Assembly: GCA_052386675.1 (NCBI GenBank)
Contig: JBQTJX010000018.1
Location: 911-64,910, forward strand
Reading direction: 5' to 3'
From: Betaproteobacteria bacterium
GTDB lineage: Bacteria; Pseudomonadota; Gammaproteobacteria; Burkholderiales; SG8-39
Length of the DNA: 64,000 nucleotides
Positions within the stretch are counted from its first letter, which is position 1; every line of letters begins with the position of its first letter. The position numbers and the translations under genes are program-made. Below, in pieces: positions 1-9,820 of this stretch. The notes beneath the pieces were generated by a model. That model saw nothing but the letters and a program-made list of their open reading frames with translations, was not told where the DNA came from and did no database searches.

Positions 1-764
1 CTCTCGTTGGTCTTTTGCGTGCCGCCGATGGACTGGAACACCAGGTCCACCGGCGCGCCGCGCGCAATGGCCTCGATCTGCGAGGTCACGTGCGTGAGCA
101 CGCAGGACTGGGTGGGAATGTCAAAGCGGCGGATGAGCTCGTCCATCATGCGCCACAGCGGCAGGAAGGCGGCGAGGCCATCGCCCGCCGGGTTGATGCC
201 GATCACCGCGTCGCCGCAGCCGTAGGCAAGGCCCTCGAGCATCGAGGCGGCGATCCCCTTCACGTCGTCGGTGGGATGGTTGGGCTGGATGCGCACCGAG
301 AGGCGCCCGGGCAGGCCGAGCGTGTTGCGGAATTTGCTGATGACTCGGCACTTGCGAGCCACGGACACCAGGTCCTGGTTGCGCATGAGCTTGGACACGG
401 CGGCAGCCATCTCGGGGGTGAGGCCGCGGGCGAGTGACGAGACTGATTCGGGGGAGGCCTCGAGCAGCCACTCGCGGAACGCGCCCACGGTGAGGGAGGA
501 CACCGGCGCGAAGGCGGCGCGATCGTGGGAATCGACGATGAGCCGCGTGACGTCGTCGGCCTCGTAGGGCACCACCTGCTCGTTGAGGAAGGTGGCGAGC
601 GGCAGGTCCGCCAGCGCCATGCGGGCGGCCATGCGCTCCTCGGCGGACTGCGCGGCCACCCCGGCCAGCACGTCGCCCGAGCGCAGCGGCGAGGCGCGCG
701 CGAGCAGCGCGCGCAGGTCCGGGAACTCCCAAGTGACGCCTTCCACAGTATGCCGATAAGGCAT
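1..764 (-). CDS. eutB: ethanolamine ammonia-lyase large subunit, N-terminal ~254 codons (gene runs off the window start)
   Basis: Not in the ORF track because it is truncated by the window edge. Reverse translation from ATG 764..762 gives MPYRHTVEGVTWEFPDLRALLARASPLRSGDVLAGVAAQSAEERMAARMALADLPLATFLNEQVVPYEADDVTRLI..., which matches the conserved EutB N-terminus (LRSGDVLAGVAA..S..ER.AA). GGAG lies just upstream. Confidence 0.85.
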   Translation of the reverse strand, partial: MPYRHTVEGVTWEFPDLRALLARASPLRSGDVLAGVAAQSAEERMAARMALADLPLATFLNEQVVPYEADDVTRLIVDSHDRAAFAPVSSLTVGAFREWLLEASPESVSSLARGLTPEMAAAVSKLMRNQDLVSVARKCRVISKFRNTLGLPGRLSVRIQPNHPTDDVKGIAASMLEGLAYGCGDAVIGINPAGDGLAAFLPLWRMMDELIRRFDIPTQSCVLTHVTSQIEAIARGAPVDLVFQSIGGTQKTNE

Positions 765-792
765 TGGCTCCAATCAGTTCAGCAGGGGCCGA

Positions 793-3600
793 CTACGACA
801 ATGCGCTTTCATCACCTGGTCGCTGTGTCCGCTCGTCTACCATCCCGCTCGGAACTAGCTTCGCGGTATAGTCGCACGCCGGAAACCGGCTACAACCCCA
901 GAATGCTCCGTAGCGGCCTTCCCTACGTACCAGTGCACCTCTAGAGCACGCGGGGCACACCGACGCACTTTTCTTGGCATCGTCGCGCCGAACCTCAACC
1001 TTGTATGGCGCGGACTGAAGCTCCACAAGAAACTCCGAAATCTGATTCTCGACGGTGTACAACATGACCAACCGTCTCGCTCGCGTGAGTGCGACATAGA
1101 ACAGCCGTCTCTCCTCTGCGAACGGGAACTCCTCCACCGTCGGCATGGCAAGTGGAAGTATCGGATCGTCCTCCACTTCACTTGGAAAGCCATATCGACC
1201 ACGTGTCAATCCGACCACGCATACATAGTCCGCTTCCAACCCCTTGGAACCGTGCACGGTGAAATACTCGATTCGCAGTTGCGGCGAGTAGCGCTGCTTC
1301 CACTCTTCTAGGCTGGCAGGCCGGTTTCGCCGATAACGACCCAGTATGAACACTGAAACGCTGCCAGACGGCCCCGCTTCAACCGCACCGCTCTTGACCC
1401 GCTGCCAAAGCTGCCGGAGATGCTTCTCGATCAAAGGCTCCAGGCCATACACGTCATCAACCGAATAGCAAACCGTTGCAGCCGCCGCACGCTCTCGAGT
1501 AGCCGTTACCGTCTTGGGTATCTGCGAGGGATTGCGACCAACAAATGCACTGCTCAAATCGCATAACGACTTGGGGCATCGAAACGACGTTGACAGAAAC
1601 TTTGTTTCACCTTTTCCGAATAGCTTCTCAAATCCTGTCATCACACCAACGTCTGCGCCCGCGAATCGATTGATGCTTTGCCAATCGTCCCCAACAGCAC
1701 AGAGAAAATGTCCTGGCTCACGTACAAGTGCTTGTAAGAATCGCGCGCGAGATTGCGATGCATCCTGGAACTCGTCCGCCAACACGAGCCTGTAAGGTGA
1801 CTTCCACCTCCCAGTCTCGATATGGTCCGTGGCCAAATTCAGCATGTCTTCAAAATCAACATAGTTGCCAGCCACCAATCGCCGATCCCACTCTTCCGAG
1901 ATTTGCTCGTACAGGTCGAGAAACAGTTTGTGGCGTCCCAGCAAGCCTATGTTGGAAAGGTTGAGCAATCGTTTCCTGAGCTCGCTCATTGAAAGGCGAT
2001 TGCTCTTAGCATGGGTCTGAAACGTCCGAAAAGGCCTAACGAGTTCCCATATTGGAGGAATTGGTCGGCCGCCGACCGCTCGATTCGGATCGGGTCTCAG
2101 TTCAATTCCACGGGCGACCAGTTCTCGTGCGAGCGCCTCAATAGCGGATCCGTCTCGAAGCTGCGCCGAGGTAGTCTCAAAAAGTTTTGTCCCTTTCCCT
2201 TCGTGCAACGCGCGCTTCCAACGGACACCTCCAAGGTAGTCGCCAAAGTGAGCTGGAGCATTGCCGTCTTCATCTAGCGCGAAATGCTCGTGATAGAGCT
2301 CCGCGTCCGGATAGTAAAAGTCAGGTTGATACTGTCTGTGTGAAGCGTCCGCAGTGTCGTGTTCGTACTTTCCTTCGTAGACATAGCGAACTCCATTGAA
2401 GTGGAGCCAATCTGCAATAGTCCGCTCTTCCCTGCTCTTTACGATCTCCCCATTTCGAGTTCGAAATCCCCTGGCTCCAGATTCCCGATCCCAGTCTTCC
2501 GGTTCCTCTTTCTTGCCAAACCTCCGCACATCATCCGAGTACACGAATTGATACAGTTGCCACATCGCGTTGAACTTGATACTTCTCGCGCATAGATCTT
2601 CGATGATCGATTCGATCTCTTCGGCGCCATTTGCCTTGTCGAGCCACGGCGCGAGCGAGGGCTTGCGTCCAGTGGCGTGTCCAATGATGCTCAGCCCCAG
2701 AGAGTGAAACGTCTTCGCGGTGATTTCATCACTATTGATCTCCACCGCTGTCAGTCGCGCGCGAATGCGGTCTCGCAATTCCTCTGCTGCGGCCGCATTG
2801 AATGCAAGCATCAAGATCTGGTCGCCGGGCATAAGACCGCGTGAGAGGGCGTAGCCGGCCTTCGCCACCAATGTGGATGTCTTTCCCGATCCGGCGGCAG
2901 CGACGAGCAAGAGTCGATTCTCGAAGCACACTACGGCTTGTGCTTGCTCAGGCGTAAGTGGCTTGCTTTCGATCTTTTCGAAGAGAGGCTTGTGCTTGGT
3001 CACTTCGTTAATCAGGAAGGCTTCGTTTCTCCTTGCGACTTCGTCGGGCAAGCCCTCAGTAGCCAGATGAAGTGCCTTTAGCGTGCCATGAGGAACCCTT
3101 TTGAACGCGTTCTCCACACGAGGATGCTGCAGTAGCCTGTCCAACTGAGGCCCAATGACGCGTTGTCGACGTGCGTTGCCCAGAATCTCTTCCACCTCTT
3201 CCCGGGTAATCCAGCGATCCCCGTGCAGTTTGGAGCCAAGCTCTTCCGCCCAGCCTTGAGCTGGGACGCTCAGTCTCTGAATCTGCTTACCAAGTGACTC
3301 CTCAATCTCCTCGCATATGACCTGTTCCATCTCGACGGCGACCTCGTTTGGGAGACCGTCGACTTTGACACTCTGGGTTCTCAGTTCCAACTGCACCGAG
3401 GCCCAAGCAATGCCTTGGTCCTGCGAAATGCTCAGAACGTCGGTTAGTTCGACCGTATGAGACCGTCTGTCCAGGTCGACGGTGAGGGACTTACCATCGG
3501 TTGAGATCGACCAATCCGAGGAGAAAGTGAGCAAGCGCCCCCACGGGCTGGGGGTCCACGACCTTTTCGGGGAAGGCGGCTTTCGTCTGCGCTTACTCAT
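793..3600 (-). CDS. DNA helicase IV (HelD)-type SF1 helicase with an internal nuclease-like insert and a C-terminal topoisomerase-type C4 zinc ribbon
   Basis: The ORF runs 793..3672 (TTG), but the ATG at 3600 has AAGGA 6 nt upstream, so it is preferred. Motifs AAAGSGKTS (Walker A), LADEFQD, VGDDWQSINRF, TVHGSKGLEADYV and YVALTRAR are colinear with E. coli HelD, including its N-terminal domain. The C-terminus reads CPACSRGALVRREGRYGAFWGCSRFPACDY. The gene is about 50-52% GC versus about 70% in the flanks. Confidence 0.85.
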   Translation of the reverse strand: MSKRRRKPPSPKRSWTPSPWGRLLTFSSDWSISTDGKSLTVDLDRRSHTVELTDVLSISQDQGIAWASVQLELRTQSVKVDGLPNEVAVEMEQVICEEIEESLGKQIQRLSVPAQGWAEELGSKLHGDRWITREEVEEILGNARRQRVIGPQLDRLLQHPRVENAFKRVPHGTLKALHLATEGLPDEVARRNEAFLINEVTKHKPLFEKIESKPLTPEQAQAVVCFENRLLLVAAAGSGKTSTLVAKAGYALSRGLMPGDQILMLAFNAAAAEELRDRIRARLTAVEINSDEITAKTFHSLGLSIIGHATGRKPSLAPWLDKANGAEEIESIIEDLCARSIKFNAMWQLYQFVYSDDVRRFGKKEEPEDWDRESGARGFRTRNGEIVKSREERTIADWLHFNGVRYVYEGKYEHDTADASHRQYQPDFYYPDAELYHEHFALDEDGNAPAHFGDYLGGVRWKRALHEGKGTKLFETTSAQLRDGSAIEALARELVARGIELRPDPNRAVGGRPIPPIWELVRPFRTFQTHAKSNRLSMSELRKRLLNLSNIGLLGRHKLFLDLYEQISEEWDRRLVAGNYVDFEDMLNLATDHIETGRWKSPYRLVLADEFQDASQSRARFLQALVREPGHFLCAVGDDWQSINRFAGADVGVMTGFEKLFGKGETKFLSTSFRCPKSLCDLSSAFVGRNPSQIPKTVTATRERAAAATVCYSVDDVYGLEPLIEKHLRQLWQRVKSGAVEAGPSGSVSVFILGRYRRNRPASLEEWKQRYSPQLRIEYFTVHGSKGLEADYVCVVGLTRGRYGFPSEVEDDPILPLAMPTVEEFPFAEERRLFYVALTRARRLVMLYTVENQISEFLVELQSAPYKVEVRRDDAKKSASVCPACSRGALVRREGRYGAFWGCSRFPACDYTAKLVPSGMVDERTQRPGDESALS

Positions 3601-3681
3601 TGATCGTCCTTGCACAACAATACCAATGCGCTGCTCGCGGCAGTGAATTCGGGGGCTGTACATTGTCGGCAAAGCTTCGGG

Positions 3682-3687
3682 TATAAT
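3682..3687 (+). promoter_or_regulatory. candidate -10 hexamer TATAAT for the ahcY leader
   Basis: A perfect TATAAT, rare in this GC-rich sequence, sits about 10 nt upstream of the riboswitch P1 stem. I did not identify a convincing -35. Confidence 0.35.
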
Positions 3688-3695
3688 CCGCCCCC

Positions 3696-3768
3696 TGCTG
3701 AGGAGCGCTGCGTTCCCGAATCAAGGCATCCGGGGAATCAGGCTCAGCAAAATAAACGGCGCTCGCAT
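3696..3768 (+). promoter_or_regulatory. SAH (S-adenosylhomocysteine) riboswitch, Rfam RF01057 class
   Basis: CUGAGGAGCGCUGC ... GUUCCC/GGGGAAU hairpin ... AGGCUCAGCAA ... AACGGCGCUCGC. P1 pairs CUGAG with CUCAG, and the pseudoknot pairs GAGCGC with GCGCUC. It sits directly 5' of ahcY, the canonical betaproteobacterial context. Confidence 0.85.
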
Positions 3769-3827
3769 TGGAAACGATGCGGGCGCCTCGCTTTTGGGGC
3801 TCCGCAAAACCGACAAAGGAGCTCCAC

Positions 3828-5237
<1,410 letters not shown>

Positions 5238-5241
5238 AAAA

Positions 5242-5299
5242 CAGGGACGGACCACGATTTCCGGCAGCTGGGCGGGAAATTAATCGTGGTCCGTCCCTG
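5242..5299. repeat. REP-like palindromic element, copy 1 (also a likely ahcY terminator hairpin)
   Basis: Arms AGGGACGGACCACGATTTCCGG and AATCGTGGTCCGTCCCT, followed by GATTT. Both arms recur almost base for base at 20854..20907. Confidence 0.75.
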
Positions 5300-5319
5300 A
5301 TTTCTGATTTCCTGAGTTC

Positions 5320-6243
5320 ATGTTGACGGACAAGCTGCAGGATCCGCACCACGGGGTGCTGCTGTATGGCACCACGCCGCCGCGCGCGGGGGCGACGGAG
5401 GAGCAGGTGCGCGCCGCGGCGGACAAGCTCGCGGCGCGCCTGGCGCCGCTGCCGCTGGATGGCGTGGTGGTCTACGACATCCAGGACGAGTCCGGAAGGA
5501 CGGCCACGGCGCGTCCGTTCGCATTCACCGGAACGGTGGACCCGCGCGACTACTCCCGCCTGCTCGCGAGCGTGACCAGGCGGCCCGCGATCACCTACAA
5601 GTGCGTCGGCGACCTGGACGAGGCCGCGTGGCAGCAGTGGCTGGCTGAGGCCGCGCGCGACTACGGCGTGAAGTTCCTCTCCATCGTCGGCCGCCCCACT
5701 TCCGGCGTGACCTACCCGCTGTCCCTGTCGAAGGCGATCCGCCTCGCCGCAGCGCACCCGGCCGGGTTCGAAGTGGGCGGCGTGGTCATCGCCGAGCGCC
5801 ACACCGGCGAGCGCAGCGAATCGGCACGCATGCTCGCCAAGGGCATCGAGGGCTGCAGCTACTTCATCTCGCAGACGGTGTATTCCGCGGAGGCGACCAT
5901 CCGCCTGCTCGCGGACTACGCGCGCGACTGCCGCGGCGCCGGCGTGCCGCCGCGGCGCGTGATCCTCAGCTTCTCGCCCGTGGGGCGCGAGAAGACCCTC
6001 GCGTTCCTGAAGTGGCTGGGCGTCAGCGTGCCCGAGGCGACCGCGGGCGCCATCCTCGGCGCGGCCAATCCGCTGTCGAAGTCCATCGAAGTCTGCCGCG
6101 ACAACCTCGCCCGCATCCTGGACCAGCCCTACGCGAAGGCGATTCCGCTCGGGATCAGCGTGGAGAGCGTATCGATCAACAAGGACGAGATCGACGCCAG
6201 CGTGGACCTCGTCCACGCCCTGCGCGCCGCGCTGCCTCAGTAA
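5320..6243 (+). CDS. methylenetetrahydrofolate reductase-like protein, apparently the non-canonical (mycobacterial Rv2172c-like) type
   Basis: Occupies the metF position downstream of ahcY. LLYGTTPPRA..., YFISQTVYSAEATIRLLADYARDC and VILSFSPVGREKTLAFLKWLG resemble my recollection of Rv2172c/MSMEG_6649-type MTHFR more than E. coli MetF. Confidence 0.6.
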   Translation: MLTDKLQDPHHGVLLYGTTPPRAGATEEQVRAAADKLAARLAPLPLDGVVVYDIQDESGRTATARPFAFTGTVDPRDYSRLLASVTRRPAITYKCVGDLDEAAWQQWLAEAARDYGVKFLSIVGRPTSGVTYPLSLSKAIRLAAAHPAGFEVGGVVIAERHTGERSESARMLAKGIEGCSYFISQTVYSAEATIRLLADYARDCRGAGVPPRRVILSFSPVGREKTLAFLKWLGVSVPEATAGAILGAANPLSKSIEVCRDNLARILDQPYAKAIPLGISVESVSINKDEIDASVDLVHALRAALPQ

Positions 6244-9200
6244 TTTTCCCTGAAGTAGATGTAGTTGTTCGGCTGGCCGCCGAAGAGGCCGAAGCTGGCC
6301 CGGCCCGAAGGGTTGTCGTCGTAGGCCGTGGCGCCAATCGCGTCCGGGTCCAGGGCGTCGTTCCAGCGCCCGACCAGGTAGGGCCGCGCCGCGCTCACGA
6401 TGGCGTCCTCGCCGCTGGAGGCGTTGTCGCAGGAGAAGCCCGCGGCCGTGCCCCGCAGTTGCGGCGTGACCAGCACGCTGCCGGTGGCGCCGCCGGTGGG
6501 CGCCGCCAGCCTGAGCGTGCCCGCGCCCGAGGCGAAGACCACAGGGTCCTGCTGCACGAACGTCTTGCAATTGCCTCCGCCCGGGGCGAGCGCGCCGATG
6601 TAGGACCCCAGCGCCAGGGTGTTGCGCGCCAGGGTCGTGCAGCTGTCGGCCGTGTTCAGCGCGAACGCGGTGCCGTTCCAGTACTCCAGCCGCAGCGGCA
6701 CCGGCAGCACGAGCCTGGCCGAGCCCAGCGCGTTGTTCACCCGCAGCCGCCCGTAGCGCAGCTCCGCTGATACGCCGAGGTTCTTGCGGTCCATGATGGT
6801 GTTGTTGTCCGCGTCCAGATCCAGGGTGTTCATGGCGACGCCGTCGGAATCGGCCGGCGCGATGCCGAAGGCGGTGGCGGCGAACGGCCCGTCGGGCGCA
6901 TCCGGCGTCGCGCGCAGGACCGCTGTGGTGAGCTCGATCCCGCTCGCCACGCCGTTCGCCCAGCTCCCCGCCGGGGCGACCCCGGTGTCCAGCCGCCCGC
7001 TCAGATCGGTCGTGCCGTCGCGCGCGCCGAGCACCCAGTTGCCGAAGGTGTTGAGGCCCAGCTTGGCATAGCTGCCGGTGTAGTTCTGCGTGGTGGCGTC
7101 CTGCGCGCTCTGCGCCGTTAGCGTGAAGGCGAGGCGCAGCGGCTCGTCCAGATAGGTGAAGCTCGAGGCCGGCGTGCAGGCGGCTCCGTGCCGGGTCGTG
7201 AGCGTCGCCCCGCTCAGCGCGAAGTGCTTCGGGCGGAAACGCCCGACGTGCCCGCCGGTGAAGCCGGTTCCGTCGAAGCTCGACAGCCCGAACACGCTCA
7301 CGCCGGGCTCGATGTAGTCGGTGGCGAACACCGCGATCTTCACGTTGCCCGCCTCGGTGTAGCAGGTGTCGGCGAGGGTCGCCGCGCCGCCCGACCAGCT
7401 GCCCGCGGACACCGTGCCGCTCCCGCCCGGACAGCCCCCGCCGCGCCGGATCTCGCCCAGCGCCACCCCCGGCAGGTTGGTGAGTGCGCTCAATGATACG
7501 TTGGCCGCGAAGTTGGGCGTCAGGCCGTTGTCGGTGAGGTCCACCACGTCGGGCGCGGCGAAATCGGGCACGCCGTTGTTGTTCAGGTCCTCGGCAGCGG
7601 ACTGCCACTTGTAGGCCGCGAGCGTCATCGTGAACGGGTCGCCCGCCGCGGCGAGGAGGGTCCCGGCGTCGGTGGAACTGTGCGCGATCGCCGTGCCGGC
7701 ATTTGCTCCGCGCACCGCGATGCCAAAGGGCCGCACCACGAAGGCGTTGCTCGTGCCGCTGATCGTGGTCGCCGGCGGCGCGGGCAGCGTGTAGCGCAGG
7801 TGCAGCGTCACCTGCCCGGCGTCGCCGTAGCGGAACGCGAGCGGCGCCATGGCGTTGGCGTCGTTGCTGAAGGCGAGCGACACGGGGGTGTACGAGCCCG
7901 GCGTCGGCGTGTCGTCGTGCTTGACCACGTTTTGCGCCGTGCCGAAGCGGTCGATGAGCTGGAACTCCGTGCCGGCGGCCACGCTGCAGGCGGTGGGGTT
8001 GTTGCACACCGCGGCAAACTCCACGCTCTGGTTCTGGCCCTGGAACAGCGTGGTGCAGGCCCCCGTCGCGGGCGCGGTTGCCACCGCCTGGACAAAGAGG
8101 GCCTGCACGCCGGCGCCCTCGGTGTTGAGCTTCCCGGCGATCTGGGTGTTGATGCTCGCGCTCGCCGAACCGTCCGCCGTCACCCGCAGCACGCTGTCGG
8201 CAAAGCTCACCGAAGGGTCCTCGCCGCCGTCCTCGCCGCGCCCGTTGCTGTCGCTGAGGTTCAGGCCCAGCGCGCCCGCGCTGTTGCGCCGCAGGCGCAT
8301 TTCGATGAAGCTCTCCACGCCGTCCCAGGTGTAGGTCGCCTGTCCGTTGTCCGCGCCCGAGGGCGCCCAGCTGGCGTTGGTGCCGGAGACAATGGGCGAT
8401 TGCCACACCCCGTTCGCGGTGGTGGTGTTGATCGTCAGCACGGTGCCCGCCGCCGGCGCGGCCGCGGCGTGCGTGTCATCGTGCGCGGTAATGCGCACCA
8501 GCGCCGGCTCGCAGGTGGCGAAACTGGTTCCGTTCGGGTAGCTCACGGAATAATGGGTGTAGGGCGGCAGGCAGCGGTACAGGCCCGCGCCAAGGCCCGG
8601 CGTCGGGCCCGCCGGAATCGCGCTGAAACCGGGATCGCCCGGCGGCCGCCAGCGCAGGCGGATCTCGGATTGCCCGCCATTCTCGTAGTACTCCAGCCGG
8701 ATGGCATAGGCCTGTCCGGCCGCGAGCGCGATGTTGCCGCTGGTCTCCGTATGCGCCGCCTGGTCCACCCAGTTGTCGATCATCAGCTGGCCGTTCACCC
8801 ACAGCCGCACGCCGTCGTCGGCGACGGTCTGGAACTGGAAGTTGCCCGAGACGCCAGCGCGCAGGACGCCGTCCCAGCGCACCGAGAAATTGTCCGCGCC
8901 GATGCCCGTGACCCCGGGCGCGCCGCCCGCCCAGTTGAAGTCGACCGGCCCATCCACGCGCGTGCCTGTCGCGGACCCGGCCAGCGTCATGTTCGAGAAG
9001 TACTCGCCGTTGATCCCGCCCGCGAGGCCGGCGACGCAGGTCACCGGTTCGGGCAGCAGCGCGATGGACAGGAACGCCTTGACCGAACTGGCGACGGTCG
9101 CGGTGGTGTTTCCGGTGGCGCCCGCGTCGGTCTTCACGCCGTCCCAAACCGCGAAGCCCCCGCCATCGCCGGAGGTCGTGCCGCCATCGTCCCGCTCGGC

Positions 9201-9752
9201 GAGGTTGAGCAGGTTGGCGTTCACCTGGTTGCTGAAGGACGCCGCGGCCGAGTCGTTGTGCCGCGTCACGGCCTGCACCACGAGGGTGTCGGGAACGGTG
9301 GTGGCGATGCCCGTGACCGTCACCGAAGTACTGGCCGGCGCGCCCTGCGTGCCGCCGCCGGTGACGTTCCACGGATCGCCGGTGCTGACGACGCCGCGGT
9401 AGGTGAAGATCTGCGCGCGGACGTGATTGCCGGGATCGCCGACCGTCGGCGCGGCCATGGCCGCGGAGGTGGCTCGCCTCCAGTACACCGTCAGCCTGGT
9501 GCCGCTGACCGGGGCGTTCACGTTCTGCGGGCTGTTCGCCACCGCGGCAAAGCCCTGCGCGTTGGACAGGTTGGCCGCCTGGTTGCCCCGGCTCTCGATG
9601 ACCAGCAGCGCGACGTCGCCGGCGACATGCGCCGGCCATGGCGGGACGACCGCGCCGGTGCCGGAGACGGCCACGCCCGCCGCCTGGAAGACGGGCGCGC
9701 CGTGCGCCGCGCCGGCCAGCGCCATCAGCAGGACGAGGAGAAAAGGTCGCAC
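6237..9752 (-). CDS. giant secreted MshQ/DUF6701-like protein, paralog A (signal peptide, N-module, PA14 domain, conserved C-terminal body)
   Basis: GTG start and signal peptide MRPFLLVLLMALAGAAHG. PA14-like block GINGEYFSN...FSVRWDG...IRLEYYENGGQSEIRLRW. The C-terminal ~750 aa are colinear with paralogs B and C. It ends NNYIYFRENY, as I recall for MshQ-type proteins. Confidence 0.8.
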   Translation of the reverse strand: MRPFLLVLLMALAGAAHGAPVFQAAGVAVSGTGAVVPPWPAHVAGDVALLVIESRGNQAANLSNAQGFAAVANSPQNVNAPVSGTRLTVYWRRATSAAMAAPTVGDPGNHVRAQIFTYRGVVSTGDPWNVTGGGTQGAPASTSVTVTGIATTVPDTLVVQAVTRHNDSAAASFSNQVNANLLNLAERDDGGTTSGDGGGFAVWDGVKTDAGATGNTTATVASSVKAFLSIALLPEPVTCVAGLAGGINGEYFSNMTLAGSATGTRVDGPVDFNWAGGAPGVTGIGADNFSVRWDGVLRAGVSGNFQFQTVADDGVRLWVNGQLMIDNWVDQAAHTETSGNIALAAGQAYAIRLEYYENGGQSEIRLRWRPPGDPGFSAIPAGPTPGLGAGLYRCLPPYTHYSVSYPNGTSFATCEPALVRITAHDDTHAAAAPAAGTVLTINTTTANGVWQSPIVSGTNASWAPSGADNGQATYTWDGVESFIEMRLRRNSAGALGLNLSDSNGRGEDGGEDPSVSFADSVLRVTADGSASASINTQIAGKLNTEGAGVQALFVQAVATAPATGACTTLFQGQNQSVEFAAVCNNPTACSVAAGTEFQLIDRFGTAQNVVKHDDTPTPGSYTPVSLAFSNDANAMAPLAFRYGDAGQVTLHLRYTLPAPPATTISGTSNAFVVRPFGIAVRGANAGTAIAHSSTDAGTLLAAAGDPFTMTLAAYKWQSAAEDLNNNGVPDFAAPDVVDLTDNGLTPNFAANVSLSALTNLPGVALGEIRRGGGCPGGSGTVSAGSWSGGAATLADTCYTEAGNVKIAVFATDYIEPGVSVFGLSSFDGTGFTGGHVGRFRPKHFALSGATLTTRHGAACTPASSFTYLDEPLRLAFTLTAQSAQDATTQNYTGSYAKLGLNTFGNWVLGARDGTTDLSGRLDTGVAPAGSWANGVASGIELTTAVLRATPDAPDGPFAATAFGIAPADSDGVAMNTLDLDADNNTIMDRKNLGVSAELRYGRLRVNNALGSARLVLPVPLRLEYWNGTAFALNTADSCTTLARNTLALGSYIGALAPGGGNCKTFVQQDPVVFASGAGTLRLAAPTGGATGSVLVTPQLRGTAAGFSCDNASSGEDAIVSAARPYLVGRWNDALDPDAIGATAYDDNPSGRASFGLFGGQPNNYIYFRENY
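8637..9020 (-). other. PA14 carbohydrate-binding domain segment within paralog A (aa ~245-372)
   Basis: GEYF..., DFNW..., FSVRWDGVL, DDGVRLWVNGQLMIDNW and YAIRLEYYENGG are the classic PA14 motif order. Confidence 0.75.
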
Positions 9753-9820
9753 CGGCCGAAACTACCAAATCCGGTGCCGCAGGAAAATACCTCAGGCGGC
9801 GCGGAAAAGTTCCCGGCGAT

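Noticed and set aside
799-3632. 9-bp direct repeat CAATGCGCT at 799..807 and 3624..3632, flanking the low-GC helicase gene (possible target-site duplication)
   Set aside because: The left copy lies inside the helicase coding sequence, 4 codons before the stop, so it cannot cleanly bound the inserted DNA. With only 9 bp and a visually chosen search space, chance cannot be excluded.
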